Shown here: one piece after another, positions 39,582 to 50,258 of the stretch
How the letters are laid out: every line of letters starts with the position of its first letter
How positions within the stretch are numbered: position 1 is the stretch's first letter
Origin: Phycisphaerae bacterium
GTDB lineage: Bacteria; Planctomycetota; Phycisphaerae; UBA1845; Fen-1342
Length of the DNA: 64,000 nucleotides
Reading direction: 5' to 3'
Assembly (NCBI GenBank): GCA_963675745.2
Contig: CAXXWX010000019.1
Coordinates: forward strand, 320,001 to 384,000
The notes under the pieces: model-generated
The model's input: only the letters and a program-made list of their open reading frames with translations
Databases searched by the model: none
Told to the model about the DNA's origin: nothing
Translations under genes and position numbers: made by a program

Positions 39582-40436
39582 CTACTTCCGGGCCACTACG
39601 GCGAAGCTGTAGTCGTCGGGCGCGGCGTTGTCGCCGGTCAATGATGGGTGAAACACGATGTTCTGAAATCCGGCGCTGGTAATGAGGTCAGTGATTTCCT
39701 CCTCCGAATAGGCCACGCTGCTCAGCGCATAGCGGGCCACGGCGCCGGTGCCCGCGTCGATCACGTGGAATCTCTCCGTGTTGGTCCGGCAATCCTCGTC
39801 CCAGAACGACTCCTTCAGCACGATGTGCGGCCGATCGGAGAAGAGTCCGGCCTCGGATGTGCTCCACGATGGGGGTGTTTCGTCAGCCGCGCGAACGCAC
39901 GCCTGCGTCTGGGGTTCGAGTAGAAGCACCCCGCCTTCGTCGAGCGCAGCCCACGCGCGCGACAGGATGTCGCGCGCCTGCTCGCGGCGAAAGACGTTGA
40001 TCTGCCCGTGGATCATCATGACCAGGCCGAATCGTTCGCCGAATTCGGCCCGGCGCAGGTCGGCCTCGGTGTAGGTGCATGCCAGATGATCGCGCGCGGC
40101 TTCTTCGCGGGCGTGTGCTATGGCCGCCGGCGCGAAATCGATGCCGGCGCACGCGTGTCCGAGTCGCGCGAGCCGGCTGGTGTAAAAGCCGGGGCCGCAC
40201 GCCAGGTCGAGGATCCGCGTGGGCCGCGCGCCAAGAACCGTCTGGTGAATCCAACGAACCTGGCGGTCGATGATCTCCACGCGCCGACTGGCGAGATCGT
40301 GTTCTTGACACAGATGCTCTGCAAGCATGCGCCGGCTGAAGTCCGGCTCATTCCAGGGGATATTGTCGCCCTCAGCCCAGGGAGCCGGAGGATTCACGCG
40401 CCTTACCACATCGCGCAGAGTCAGATTCACGCACAT
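39582..40436 (-). CDS. Class I SAM-dependent methyltransferase
   Basis: ILDLACGPG, GIDF and ALDEGG. Confidence 0.88.
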   Translation of the reverse strand: MCVNLTLRDVVRRVNPPAPWAEGDNIPWNEPDFSRRMLAEHLCQEHDLASRRVEIIDRQVRWIHQTVLGARPTRILDLACGPGFYTSRLARLGHACAGIDFAPAAIAHAREEAARDHLACTYTEADLRRAEFGERFGLVMMIHGQINVFRREQARDILSRAWAALDEGGVLLLEPQTQACVRAADETPPSWSTSEAGLFSDRPHIVLKESFWDEDCRTNTERFHVIDAGTGAVARYALSSVAYSEEEITDLITSAGFQNIVFHPSLTGDNAAPDDYSFAVVARK

Positions 40437-40693
40437 ATCACGGTCTCACGCTCAAGGGTCAGTTTGTCGTCGACGCGGCGCGCTGCCGGCAAACACAGCT
40501 TCGCCTTATCACCGTCATCCGCCCGGCGTCAAGTCCCGGCATCGCGCGTCTGACACTTATCACACACTGCGTCGTCCGGACTACGACCTGCGTTCTCCGG
40601 CGGTTGACGTGTGGCAGAATCGAAGTACGGTTCGTTCGCATCGGCGCATCATGCGTCGGTGCGGGTCAAAGAACCTCAATCGAGACGATCGGC

Positions 40694-41455
40694 ATGGAAT
40701 ACACGAAGGCGCGGAAATATCCGGACCTGGATCGGATTTACGCACAGTGCAGCGGCCCGGGCGGCTTGAAGCTGGCGGAATTCATGGCCGAGAAGTTGCG
40801 CCTGCGCGACGGCGCCCGGCTGCTGGATGTCGGCACGAATCGCGGATACCAGACTTGCTTCCTGGCCAGGGAATACGGCGTCCAAGTCGTGGGTATCGAT
40901 CCATGGGACGATCGAGAAGACGGCAGACCGATGATCGAGCATGTGCGGTCGAACGCCGACGAATGGGGCGTGGCCGACTCGGTCCTGGCGCTCAAACTCG
41001 GCGTGCCGGACACCGGTTTTGCGTCGTCGTCTTTCGACCGTGTGTATTCCACCACCGCGCTCGAAATGCTCAGGATGATCGGCGGACAGGAGCTTTACAT
41101 GCAGGCACTGCGCGAGGTGTATCGCGTCCTACGTCCCAACGGCGTCTTCGGTCTGGGCGAGCCGATGCACCTGGATGTCGCCCTGCCTCCAGATCTGGCG
41201 CCCTTTGTCTCGGAGGGCAAGGGCTCGTGGAAGGAGTGTTTCCGCAGTCTGCGCGAAACGAGCGACGCGATTCGCGAGGCCGGGTTTAACATTGTCGAAG
41301 CTGAGTATGCGCTCGACGCACGCAGTTGGTGGCTGGAATACGCGCGGCACGACCCGTTCTGCAAGCTGAAGCCTGAAGAAGACCCGAAGGCACTCGAAGT
41401 GGACAAAGGCCGCTGGGTCAGCTTCGGCTACGTCATTGCGACAAAGCCCGCATAG
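40694..41455 (+). CDS. Class I SAM-dependent methyltransferase
   Basis: LLDVGTNRG, GIDP, SFDRVYS and RVLRPNG. Start ATG 40694. Confidence 0.85.
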   Translation: MEYTKARKYPDLDRIYAQCSGPGGLKLAEFMAEKLRLRDGARLLDVGTNRGYQTCFLAREYGVQVVGIDPWDDREDGRPMIEHVRSNADEWGVADSVLALKLGVPDTGFASSSFDRVYSTTALEMLRMIGGQELYMQALREVYRVLRPNGVFGLGEPMHLDVALPPDLAPFVSEGKGSWKECFRSLRETSDAIREAGFNIVEAEYALDARSWWLEYARHDPFCKLKPEEDPKALEVDKGRWVSFGYVIATKPA

Positions 41456-41591
41456 GCGGCGCCGCATGTACCGGCGGTACGCGCGATCTTACATTTCCTG
41501 ACGTGGGCGCCACGCCTCGTGTTCGTACAATCAACGTTCTGTCGCCACTTCGTGGCACGTTCTCATCCGCCTATCGAGAGGTACTGGTCGA

Positions 41592-44500
41592 ATGAACACG
41601 TTGCGCAGCCTGGTGCTCATATTGATGGGGCTGACCACCGCGGGTTGGCTGTCGTCACCGGCCGCGGCCGATCCGGTTACTTTCGCGCGTCACCTGGCGC
41701 TGTCGCCCGACGGGCACACGCTGGCTTTCAGTTGGGCCGGCGATATCTGGACCGTGCCGGTGACCGGTGGAGACGCGCGGCGGCTGACCGTTAACCGGGC
41801 TTACGACAGCGATCCGGTCTGGTCGCGCGATGGCCGGCTACTCGCGTTCGCCTCCCGCCGCCATGGCGCCGCAAACGTGTTCGTGATGGACGCCGACGGT
41901 GGAAACGTACGGCGGCTGACGTTCGGCGATCGGTCCGCCTACCCCACCGACTGGACGCCCGCCGGGGGCGCGGTGCTCTTTCACTCATCGCGCGAAGGGC
42001 AATTGCGCTGGGATCCACACGTGTACCGCGTGTCGGCAGAGGGGGGGCAGCCGCGACGTGAGTTGGCATGCTTCGCCGCTTCTGCGCGAGTCAGCCCGGA
42101 TGGCCGGCGCGTGGTCTTCACGCGGGGTGGATATCGCTGGTGGCGGCGTGGATACCACGGCAGCGGCGATTCACAAATCTGGATGTACGATCGAGATGCC
42201 GACAGGTACACGCAGCTCGATGCCTATGACGGTGATGATCGGCTGCCTGTGTGGGACGCAGCCGGCGGCGGCGTGTACTTCCTCTCCAGCCGGGGCGGCA
42301 ATGTCAATGTCTGGTACCGGCCGCTCAACGGCGCAGCGCGGCAAGTTACGCACATGCCGGGTGATGACGTGCGCGATCTGGCCGTGTCAGCCGACGGCGC
42401 GACTCTGGCATTCACGCATTGGGATCAGGTATACGTCGCGCGCCTGCCCGATGGGGCTCCCCAGGCGATCAGCATAAGTGCCTCCGGCGACTCGCCGCTC
42501 AAATCGACCGAGTACAAGACCTATCGCAACGATGTTGACGAGGCCGAGCCTTCGCCCGACGGCATGGAGATCGCCATGGTGGTGCGCGGCGAGATCTTCG
42601 TGGGCCAGACGAAGGAGGACCAGTACACGCGCCGTGTGACCAATTCACCCGCCCGCGATCGCCATGTTACCTGGTCGCCCGACGGCAAGGCGCTGTTCTT
42701 CATCTCTGACCGGACGGGCCTGGAACAGGTCTATCGCGCCCGCTCCGCCGAAGATCCGCCGAAGGCCCTGTGCGATTCGCTGCGGTTCGAGATCGAGCAG
42801 GTGACCGATGACGAGTTTCCCAGGTTTGCCCCCCAAGTGTCGCCTGACGGCGAGAAACTGGCATATCAACGATTGCGTGGCGACCTGGTGATCCGTGATT
42901 TGAAGGACGGCCAGGAGCGCGTGTTGTTGGAGGGCTGGAGCCCGCCGGTGTACAACTGGTCACCCGACAGCAAGTGGATTGCTTTCGGCCGCGAGGATCT
43001 GGAGTTCAACGGCGATATATGGATCGTGCCGGTTGATGGCGGTGCTCCGCCGGTGAACATCTCGCGGCATCCTGACTATGACGAGACGCCCCAGTGGTCG
43101 CATGACGGGCAAATCCTCGCATTCACGTCGTACCGGAACGGTTTTGACACGGACCTGTACCTGGTGTTCCTGTCGCCGGAGCTTGATGGGCTCTCCAGCG
43201 TTGAACTCGCGGAGTATTTCGAGAAGCAGTCGGAGAAGGTCAAGAAGCTCAAGCCGCTCAAGTCGGCCGTCGCGAGTGGGGCGATCCACCTTGATGGTCA
43301 GACTGAAACAGACGAGTCCGAACCGGCGCCGACCACGCAGGAAACCGCGGCCGAAACGCAGGCCGACAGGTTGGCGCAAGCCGCCCGGGATGCTCTGCGC
43401 AACATGCTGAAGTACCTGCTCGAGGAGCCGCAAGACGAGCCAGAGGAGCAGGAGGAGCCGACGGACAAGGAAGACGAAGAGAAGAGCTATGCGTGGGATC
43501 TGGAGACGGCGTGGAAGCGCATCCGGCGCGTAACCAGCTTGCCCGGTAACCAGGAGGCATTCGCCCTCGCTCCGGACGGGAGCCTGCTCGCGTTTGTGTC
43601 GGAACATGAGGGTGACAAGAAGCTCTACACGATCAAGTGGAACGCGGAGGACCGCAAGCGCATCCTCTCCAGCGAGGTCAAATACCTCCGCTGGCAGCGC
43701 GACGGCAAGCGTCTGTTCCACCTCAAAGGCGGCGTGCCGAATTCCTGTAGCGCGAGCGGCGGCGATGCGAAAGCCCACACGCTCCGCGCCAAGATGGCGG
43801 TGGACTACGCCGCCGAAGCGCGCCAGAAGTTCGACGACGGCGCGCGGGCCCTCGGCCGCAACTACTACCATCCGACCATGCGCGGCCTCGACTGGCCCAT
43901 ACTGACGGACAAATACCGCAAGCTCGCGCTGAGCGTTCGCACCGTGCGCGAGTTCAACGAGATCTTCAACATGCTTCAGGGCGAGCTGAACGGATCGCAC
44001 CTGGGCATCTATGGCGGCGAGCGAACCGATGCCCCGATGGAGCGCGTCGGCTATCTCGGCTGTGTGCTTGACGACGCGTTTGCGGGGCCCGGTTTGCGGG
44101 TGGCTGCGGTTACGCCGCGCGCGCCGGCCGACCGCGCGGAAAGCCGGATGTACAGCGGAGACGTCATGCTGAAGGTCAATGGTCAGCCGGTGGGGCCGGA
44201 CGCGCCGCTGGATCGCGCACTGGTTGATGCTGTCGGTGACCAGGTAATCATCGAGTACTTACCCTCGCCGCAACGCCTGGCCGCGGAAGCGGACGAGGCC
44301 GGTGAAGCTGACGAGTCCGACGAGACTGCCGGGGCGGACGAGTCGGCGACCACCGAACCCGGCGTGGCTGAACCACGTGAATTGGTGATCCGACCTATCA
44401 GCTACTACACGCTGGCCGACCTGCTATACGACCAATGGGTAACCGAAAACCGGAAGTACGTCGCCGACCATTCCGAAGATCGCCTCGGCTATGTGCACAT

Positions 44501-45044
44501 CCGCGGGATGAACGAGCCTTCCTTTGAGGACTTCGAGCGCGACCTTTACGCCGCGGCACATGGCAAGGATGGCCTGATCATCGACGTGCGCGCCAACAGC
44601 GGTGGCTGGACGGCGGACTGGGTCATGGCCGTGTTGAGCGTAAGACGGCACGCCTTCACGATTCCACGCGGTGGGGGACGTGGGTATCCGCAGGGCCGGC
44701 TGATCTTTTACGCGTGGACCAAGCCCGCCACGATGATGTGTGATCAATACAGCTTTTCCAACGCCGAGATCATCTCGCACGCGTTCAAGAACCTCGGCCG
44801 CGGGCCGCTGGTCGGCATGCCGACGTTCGGCGGTGTGATAAGTACCGGGGCCTACGGACTCATCGACGGGACGTATGTTCGTATGCCGTTTCGCGGGTGG
44901 TACACACTGCCCAGCGAGACCGACATGGAGCTGCACGGCGCCGAGCCGGATGTGCGTGTTCCACTCACGCCCGCCGACGAGGCGAACAGACGCCGGCCAC
45001 AGCTCGACGCCGCGATTGCCGCGTCTTTGGCGCAGTTGCAGTAG
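41592..45044 (+). CDS. Tricorn-like S41 peptidase (PD40 propellers, PDZ, S41 domain)
   Basis: Signal peptide, many xSPDG repeats, GELNGSHL, GYVHI..M, IIDVRANSGG, SFSNAE and GMPTFGGVI. Confidence 0.93.
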   Translation: MNTLRSLVLILMGLTTAGWLSSPAAADPVTFARHLALSPDGHTLAFSWAGDIWTVPVTGGDARRLTVNRAYDSDPVWSRDGRLLAFASRRHGAANVFVMDADGGNVRRLTFGDRSAYPTDWTPAGGAVLFHSSREGQLRWDPHVYRVSAEGGQPRRELACFAASARVSPDGRRVVFTRGGYRWWRRGYHGSGDSQIWMYDRDADRYTQLDAYDGDDRLPVWDAAGGGVYFLSSRGGNVNVWYRPLNGAARQVTHMPGDDVRDLAVSADGATLAFTHWDQVYVARLPDGAPQAISISASGDSPLKSTEYKTYRNDVDEAEPSPDGMEIAMVVRGEIFVGQTKEDQYTRRVTNSPARDRHVTWSPDGKALFFISDRTGLEQVYRARSAEDPPKALCDSLRFEIEQVTDDEFPRFAPQVSPDGEKLAYQRLRGDLVIRDLKDGQERVLLEGWSPPVYNWSPDSKWIAFGREDLEFNGDIWIVPVDGGAPPVNISRHPDYDETPQWSHDGQILAFTSYRNGFDTDLYLVFLSPELDGLSSVELAEYFEKQSEKVKKLKPLKSAVASGAIHLDGQTETDESEPAPTTQETAAETQADRLAQAARDALRNMLKYLLEEPQDEPEEQEEPTDKEDEEKSYAWDLETAWKRIRRVTSLPGNQEAFALAPDGSLLAFVSEHEGDKKLYTIKWNAEDRKRILSSEVKYLRWQRDGKRLFHLKGGVPNSCSASGGDAKAHTLRAKMAVDYAAEARQKFDDGARALGRNYYHPTMRGLDWPILTDKYRKLALSVRTVREFNEIFNMLQGELNGSHLGIYGGERTDAPMERVGYLGCVLDDAFAGPGLRVAAVTPRAPADRAESRMYSGDVMLKVNGQPVGPDAPLDRALVDAVGDQVIIEYLPSPQRLAAEADEAGEADESDETAGADESATTEPGVAEPRELVIRPISYYTLADLLYDQWVTENRKYVADHSEDRLGYVHIRGMNEPSFEDFERDLYAAAHGKDGLIIDVRANSGGWTADWVMAVLSVRRHAFTIPRGGGRGYPQGRLIFYAWTKPATMMCDQYSFSNAEIISHAFKNLGRGPLVGMPTFGGVISTGAYGLIDGTYVRMPFRGWYTLPSETDMELHGAEPDVRVPLTPADEANRRRPQLDAAIAASLAQLQ

Positions 45045-45217
45045 ATCGGCTGTCAGGGGCGTGAATCGCGCGACGCGACAGTCCCTACGGCGCCGGTGCA
45101 AAGCCGGTGTGTGGCGGATATGATGCGTGCAACGGAAACGCGAACATCGTGGCGATCAGCGCCCGCTCTCCGGAGCCCCGGCGCTGAGGCTGTGAATGCC
45201 CCTTCGGGAGTAAAGAG

Positions 45218-45721
45218 ATGTCAATCGAATTCCACTGCCCCAAATGCCGCAAGCTGATCAGGGCCCCCGATGATGCGGGCGGCAAGCAGGGCAAATGCCC
45301 GTCGTGTCACCAGTCGGTCTATGTCCCGATGCCCGAAGGCGAGTTGGAAACGCTGTCCCTGACGCCTCTGGATGAGGCCGCTGAGCGCGAGCGCAAACGC
45401 CTCGAGGACGAGACCAACGCGCTACGACGCGACGTGATGGCCGCACAATCACTGCCCGCTGATAGTGGGGCGGCGCAGTCGGGCGGTGTCAGCGAGCCCA
45501 AGCTGGATATGCAGACGCTCGTGATTCAGTACGCCACGTGTATGTCGCAGGGGAAGCTGAGTGAGGCCGAGGAATACGCCGCGCTAATACACAAAGACAA
45601 GCGTGCGGCTGAGGATGTGATTCAGCAACTGACGATTGACGAAATCCTGCCGCCGGCACTGGCCAACATCCCTCGTCCGGTGCTGATAGGTTTCCTGAAG
45701 CAACTGCGCGGCGGTAAGTAG
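45218..45721 (+). CDS. N-terminal zinc-ribbon hypothetical protein
   Basis: MSIEFHCPKC...GKCPSC...VP double CxxC. Confidence 0.8.
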   Translation: MSIEFHCPKCRKLIRAPDDAGGKQGKCPSCHQSVYVPMPEGELETLSLTPLDEAAERERKRLEDETNALRRDVMAAQSLPADSGAAQSGGVSEPKLDMQTLVIQYATCMSQGKLSEAEEYAALIHKDKRAAEDVIQQLTIDEILPPALANIPRPVLIGFLKQLRGGK

Positions 45722-45847
45722 AACTGACGTGCCGTAGCCGCCCTGATTATGCGCGGCAGAGCTTTACAGTTGCGGCGTATGCGGCCAGACTCTGCAACGG
45801 TTTGTCACGATCGTGGATCTGGGGGCGAATCGCGAGGGTCGGCGGAC

Positions 45848-46363
45848 ATGGCGGTCATCCTGCCCGGAACAAAGTGCTCGCTGAGCGGTATTGAAATCAA
45901 ACCCACCGACGCGTATTTCTCGACATCGGGCGTGTTCCTGCCCGCCAAGGATCCGCTGCGCAAATTCTGCGACACGTGCATGCTCTGGGAGCACTACGCT
46001 CAATGGCCGCCGCGCGAGCGGTTTGCGCGCGCATATGTCGAGGAGTGGATCAAGGCTAATCAGCGCAACCCGTTCTGGTGGACGATACATCTTGATGACA
46101 ACGTCTACATTTCGGCCAATCCCCAAACGGGGATCGAGGAAATCTCGGTACGACTGATGCGCACCGGCAGCGACATTCGCATTCCGTTGGACTCCTGGTC
46201 GAAGTGGGTCGAGCATCCCGAATCAGTGACGCCCAATCTGCACGCGGCCGAAATGGAAGCGCTCGCGCGTTCGTTGCCCACCCTGCGCGACGCCTTCCCG
46301 ACCGCCCGCGCAATCGTCCAGGCGATCGACCCGCACGAGAAGAAAACGCCGCGCAGGCGATGA
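45848..46363 (+). CDS. Hypothetical protein
   Basis: Protein-like ORF starting MAVILPG, co-oriented with the upstream gene. Confidence 0.65.
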   Translation: MAVILPGTKCSLSGIEIKPTDAYFSTSGVFLPAKDPLRKFCDTCMLWEHYAQWPPRERFARAYVEEWIKANQRNPFWWTIHLDDNVYISANPQTGIEEISVRLMRTGSDIRIPLDSWSKWVEHPESVTPNLHAAEMEALARSLPTLRDAFPTARAIVQAIDPHEKKTPRRR

Positions 46364-46491
46364 TGTTTGGCCGCACGTGGGGTAGTGGACACAGCCACAC
46401 GCCGCGCACGCTCTGATGCTGCGCCCAATACGCTCTGAGAAACAGTCAGGTGTGTCGCTGCGTTTGAGAAATGCGGTTGCAATGCGGGCTG

Positions 46492-46514
46492 CACGGCTCG
46501 CACAGCCGTGGCAC
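46492..46514 (-). repeat. REP-like palindrome copy between convergent genes
   Basis: The reverse complement gtgccacggctgtgcgagccgtg closely matches 2581-2603. Confidence 0.6.
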
Positions 46515-46548
46515 GCCGCCGGGCGCCATGATCTTCTATGAAATCCGG

Positions 46549-47634
46549 TTAGTCGCCGCGAATCCAGCGCTCCAGCAGCTCGCGCGCCTCGGAGTCGCGC
46601 ATCTGTCGCGGCGGGTGCTTCATGGTGAGTGCGGCGACCTCATCGAGTGGTCCACCAATGCCGCGTTCAAGCGCCAGTTTCGCACAGCGAATCGCATCCA
46701 CCGCCACGCCGGCACTGTTCGGTGAATCTTCGACGCTCATGCGCAGCTCGAGATTCATGGGCACATCGCCGAAACCGCGCCATTCCAGCCGCAGAAAGCA
46801 GACTTTGTTATCTTTCTGCCACGGGACGTAATCGGATGGTCCGATGTGAATGTCGTCGGTGTCCAGCGGCGTGTCGAGCTGTGATTGCACGGCTTCGGTT
46901 TTTGAGATCCGCTTGGAGCGCAGGCGGCCTTGCTCGAGCATGTTGAGAAAGTCGGTGTTGCCGCCGGTATTGAGCTGGTAGGTGTGGTCAAGTCTCACGC
47001 CGCGATCATCGAGCAGTCGCGCCAACACGCGGTGGACGATCGTAGCGCCGAACTGGCTCTTGACGTCGTCGCCGACGACCGGCAGATTCTTATCGCGAAA
47101 CAGTGCGGCCCACTCGGGGTCTGAAGCGATAAAAACGGGCACGCAGTTGACGAAGGCGACTCCGGCTTCAAGCGCGGCGCGCGCGTAGTGTCGGACAGCG
47201 TCCTCTGACCCGACGGGCAGGTAGCAGACCAGCACCTCGGCGCCGGACTTTCGCAACACGCTGACCACATCGACGGCCTCGGCGTCAGCGATGCGAAACG
47301 CGCGATCATCAGCATAGTCGCGCATGTGGCTCGCGACGCCGTCCAGCACCGGGCCCATCTGGACTGTTACGCCGTAGTCAGCCAGCTCGCGCTGAAACAC
47401 CTGGGTGCAGTTTGGCGGGGCGAAGGCGGCTTCCTGAAGGGGGCGGCCGACCTTGCGCTGGTCGATGTCAAAGGCCGCCACCACGCGAATGTCGCTGATC
47501 CGGTAGCCGCCGATTTCGCGGTGCATCAGTCCCGCCGAGGCGACGGACGACTGTGGGCGGTAGTACTCTATACCCTGGAGCAGTGCGCAGGCACAATTGC
47601 CCACACCAGCAATGGCGGCATTGATTTTGCCCAC
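46549..47634 (-). CDS. ino1: Inositol-3-phosphate synthase
   Basis: AIAGVGNCA, YLPVGSE, GDDVKSQFGAT, QLNTGGNTDFLNM, SKRISKT and EDSPNSAG. GTG start 47634 after AAGGAGG. Confidence 0.95.
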   Translation of the reverse strand: MGKINAAIAGVGNCACALLQGIEYYRPQSSVASAGLMHREIGGYRISDIRVVAAFDIDQRKVGRPLQEAAFAPPNCTQVFQRELADYGVTVQMGPVLDGVASHMRDYADDRAFRIADAEAVDVVSVLRKSGAEVLVCYLPVGSEDAVRHYARAALEAGVAFVNCVPVFIASDPEWAALFRDKNLPVVGDDVKSQFGATIVHRVLARLLDDRGVRLDHTYQLNTGGNTDFLNMLEQGRLRSKRISKTEAVQSQLDTPLDTDDIHIGPSDYVPWQKDNKVCFLRLEWRGFGDVPMNLELRMSVEDSPNSAGVAVDAIRCAKLALERGIGGPLDEVAALTMKHPPRQMRDSEARELLERWIRGD

Positions 47635-47949
47635 ACCACACCTCCTTGACCGCGGCGGCGGTGCACCACAAGCCGCGACCCACAGCCTTGGCAAACGCCA
47701 GATAATACCGCTGCCAATGACCGGATGCAAATGACCCGGGAACTGCCAACCAGGTATGACACGGCGTGGCCGGTTGCGCGGGTGACGACGTGGGAAAATG
47801 TGTTCAGTGAGCGATAGTTCTTGCGGGTCTCGGCGACTACCTCTTATGCTCATGGTCCTCCGGGTCCCCCGCAGCTTGCCAGGGGCGTGAACTCCGGGAG
47901 AGGCGTGCAGGTGGTTGTTGGCCTCGCGGGCCCATTAATGGAGTCGAGC

Positions 47950-49317
47950 ATGACGGGTAGATCATTATTGCTGGGGGCGCTGCATAATGGCGCCACGCCG
48001 CGAACGCCCTGGGTTCCGTTTGTCGGCGTGCATGGTGGCCGGTTGATCGACAAGGCCGCCGATGACTACCTGCGTTCCAGCGAGGCCATCGTCGCCGGGC
48101 TGACGCGCGCGCAAGAGCTGTACCAGCCCGACGGCCTGCCCATCGTGTTCGATCTGCAACTGGAGGCGGAGGTGCTCGGTTGTGAATTACGCTGGGCGGC
48201 CGAGACGCCACCGGCGGTTGTCTCGCACCCCCTGGCCGGCCGGCAACCGGACGAACTCCCGCTGTTTGACGCCGCCGGCGGCCGCTTTCCCGTGGTGTTA
48301 GAGGCGCTACGGGCGATGAAGCAGCGCTTCGGTGACGAGATCGGGCTGTACGGCTTGCTGACCGGGCCGTTTACGCTGGCGCTGCACCTGATGGGCAACG
48401 AGATTTTCCTGAAGATTCGCAAAGACCCGGACACAGTGACTCGGGTCGTCGCCCACTGCGCGACGATCGCCCAACGCGTCGCCGACGCATATCTCGAAAA
48501 TGGCGCCGACGTGATAGCCGTCGTCGATCCGATGACCAGTCAGATCTCGCCCAGGCACTTTGTCGAGTTCGTCGATCCACACGTAAACGCCGTGTTCGAT
48601 CACGTACGCAGCCAAGACGGGCTGTCATCGATGTTCGTGTGCGGCGACGCGACCCGCAATCTCGAGTGTATGTGTCAGACGCGCTGCGACAATGTCTCAA
48701 TCGATGAAAATGTGCCGCTGGAGCTGGCCAAGGATCTCGCCGCCACGCACGGGCGTTCTTTCGGCGGGAATCTGAAGCTCACCACGGCCCTTTTGCTCGG
48801 AAGCGTCGATGACGCCCGGTTGGACGCGCTGCGCTGCATGGAGATCGGCGGAACCAACGGCTTCGTGCTGGCACCGGGTTGTGACCTGCCCTACGACACT
48901 CCACCGGCCAACTTGCAGGGCGTGGCGCAGATGGTCCACGACGAATACCAGCGTCACGTGGCGGCGACCACGCTGCGTGCCAAGTCGGCTATGTCGCTCG
49001 AAGATGTTGAGCTACCCAACTACGCCGATTCGCGGGATGTCATCGTCGACGTTGTCACTCTTGACTCGGCCTCGTGTGCCCCGTGCCAATACATGGTGAA
49101 TGCCGCCCAGGACGCCGCACTGCGTTTTGAAGGCCGGGTCACCGTCGCCGAGCACAAGATCACCACGCACAGTGGCCTGGGTTTCATGTCGAAGCTGGGC
49201 GTTAAGCAGATCCCGACCATCTGTATTGACGGCCAGCCGGCTTTTTCGTCAATCATCCCCGACAAGGACACGCTGTCGGATGCGATCCGTGCCGCGCTGG
49301 CACGTAAACCGGCATGA
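47950..49317 (+). CDS. UroD/MtaA-CmuA methyltransferase-family protein fused to a thioredoxin-like domain
   Basis: FDLQLEAEVLG, GPFTLA, GADVIAVVDP, FVCGD, GGNL and FVLAPGCDLP; C-terminal SASCAPC...IPTICIDG. Confidence 0.85.
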   Translation: MTGRSLLLGALHNGATPRTPWVPFVGVHGGRLIDKAADDYLRSSEAIVAGLTRAQELYQPDGLPIVFDLQLEAEVLGCELRWAAETPPAVVSHPLAGRQPDELPLFDAAGGRFPVVLEALRAMKQRFGDEIGLYGLLTGPFTLALHLMGNEIFLKIRKDPDTVTRVVAHCATIAQRVADAYLENGADVIAVVDPMTSQISPRHFVEFVDPHVNAVFDHVRSQDGLSSMFVCGDATRNLECMCQTRCDNVSIDENVPLELAKDLAATHGRSFGGNLKLTTALLLGSVDDARLDALRCMEIGGTNGFVLAPGCDLPYDTPPANLQGVAQMVHDEYQRHVAATTLRAKSAMSLEDVELPNYADSRDVIVDVVTLDSASCAPCQYMVNAAQDAALRFEGRVTVAEHKITTHSGLGFMSKLGVKQIPTICIDGQPAFSSIIPDKDTLSDAIRAALARKPA

Positions 49318-50231
49318 TTCCCCTGGCGCTGGTCACCGGATTCCTGGGTAGCGGCAAGACGACGTTCTTGCGGCGCACCATCGAGCGCCAGCGCGGCCGC
49401 CGGATTGTCTATCTGGTCAACGAGTTTTCGACGGTGGATGTCGACGGGCACCTGCTGGAACTGGAGCCCGATCGCTTGATCACCGTCGCCGGCGGCAGCA
49501 TCTTCTGTCGCTGCCTGGTAACGGACTTTCTGGCCCAACTGCGGAAGATCGAGTCGCGGGCCGCCGACGGAATCGACGGCGTTGTGATCGAGGCCAGCGG
49601 GATCGCTGATCCGAAAGTCATGCGGCAGATGCTCGCGGAGACGCGGTTTGACCGGGCATTCAAGCTTGGAATGATTGTCAGCATCGTGGACCCCGGGAGC
49701 TTCGTTGACCTGCTGGAGACGCTGCCGAACATCGTCGCCCAGATTGAGGCCGCGGATGTGGCGATCATCAACAAGTCCGACCTGTATGCCGCGGATGTGA
49801 TCGATGACACGCGGCGCGAGCTGCTACGCATCAACGCCGGGCTGCGCATCGAGCGCGCCACCTACTGTGATGTGGCGCTGGACCTGTTTGCAAGTCCGCC
49901 GCGCCGCGAGCAGCGTGGAGAATACGCCGCATGCGCCGACGCGAATTACGTGACGCTCAGCGTGCGGATCGAGCGTGAGTTGGACGTCGGGAAGTTGATG
50001 GGGCACATCGAACGGATTCACGATCAGCTTTATCGCGTCAAGGGCTTTGCACCGCATGCCGGCGGGCTGACCTACGTTGACGTATCGCCGGCGACGATCG
50101 CCACGGAGGCTGCACCCGATCGTGGCCAGCCGCGCGAGTTGGTGCTCATCGCGCGCGCCGCGGGTCGGGCGCGCGTATATGAGCTTGTCGAGCTGATCGA
50201 AACCGGCGGGCTGTATACCACGCCCGCGTGA
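49314..50231 (+). CDS. CobW/COG0523-family metallochaperone GTPase
   Basis: TGFLGSGKTT, VNEF, GGSIFCRC, IEASG, NKSD and RVKG; 4-nt overlap with the upstream gene. Confidence 0.9.
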   Translation: MIPLALVTGFLGSGKTTFLRRTIERQRGRRIVYLVNEFSTVDVDGHLLELEPDRLITVAGGSIFCRCLVTDFLAQLRKIESRAADGIDGVVIEASGIADPKVMRQMLAETRFDRAFKLGMIVSIVDPGSFVDLLETLPNIVAQIEAADVAIINKSDLYAADVIDDTRRELLRINAGLRIERATYCDVALDLFASPPRREQRGEYAACADANYVTLSVRIERELDVGKLMGHIERIHDQLYRVKGFAPHAGGLTYVDVSPATIATEAAPDRGQPRELVLIARAAGRARVYELVELIETGGLYTTPA

Positions 50232-50258
50232 GCACCATGCACCCATCGACAACGCCGG

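Noticed and set aside
38220..39644. 474-aa plus-strand ORF
   Set aside because: Antisense to the clear yhaO-like nuclease gene.
43290..43490. Acidic insertion in the tricorn-like protease as a novel domain
   Set aside because: Low-complexity charged linkers at this position are common in bacterial tricorn homologs.
47635..47949. Apparent overlap of the extended ino1 and MtaA-like ORFs
   Set aside because: The real starts at 47634 (minus) and 47950 (plus) leave an ordinary divergent intergenic region.
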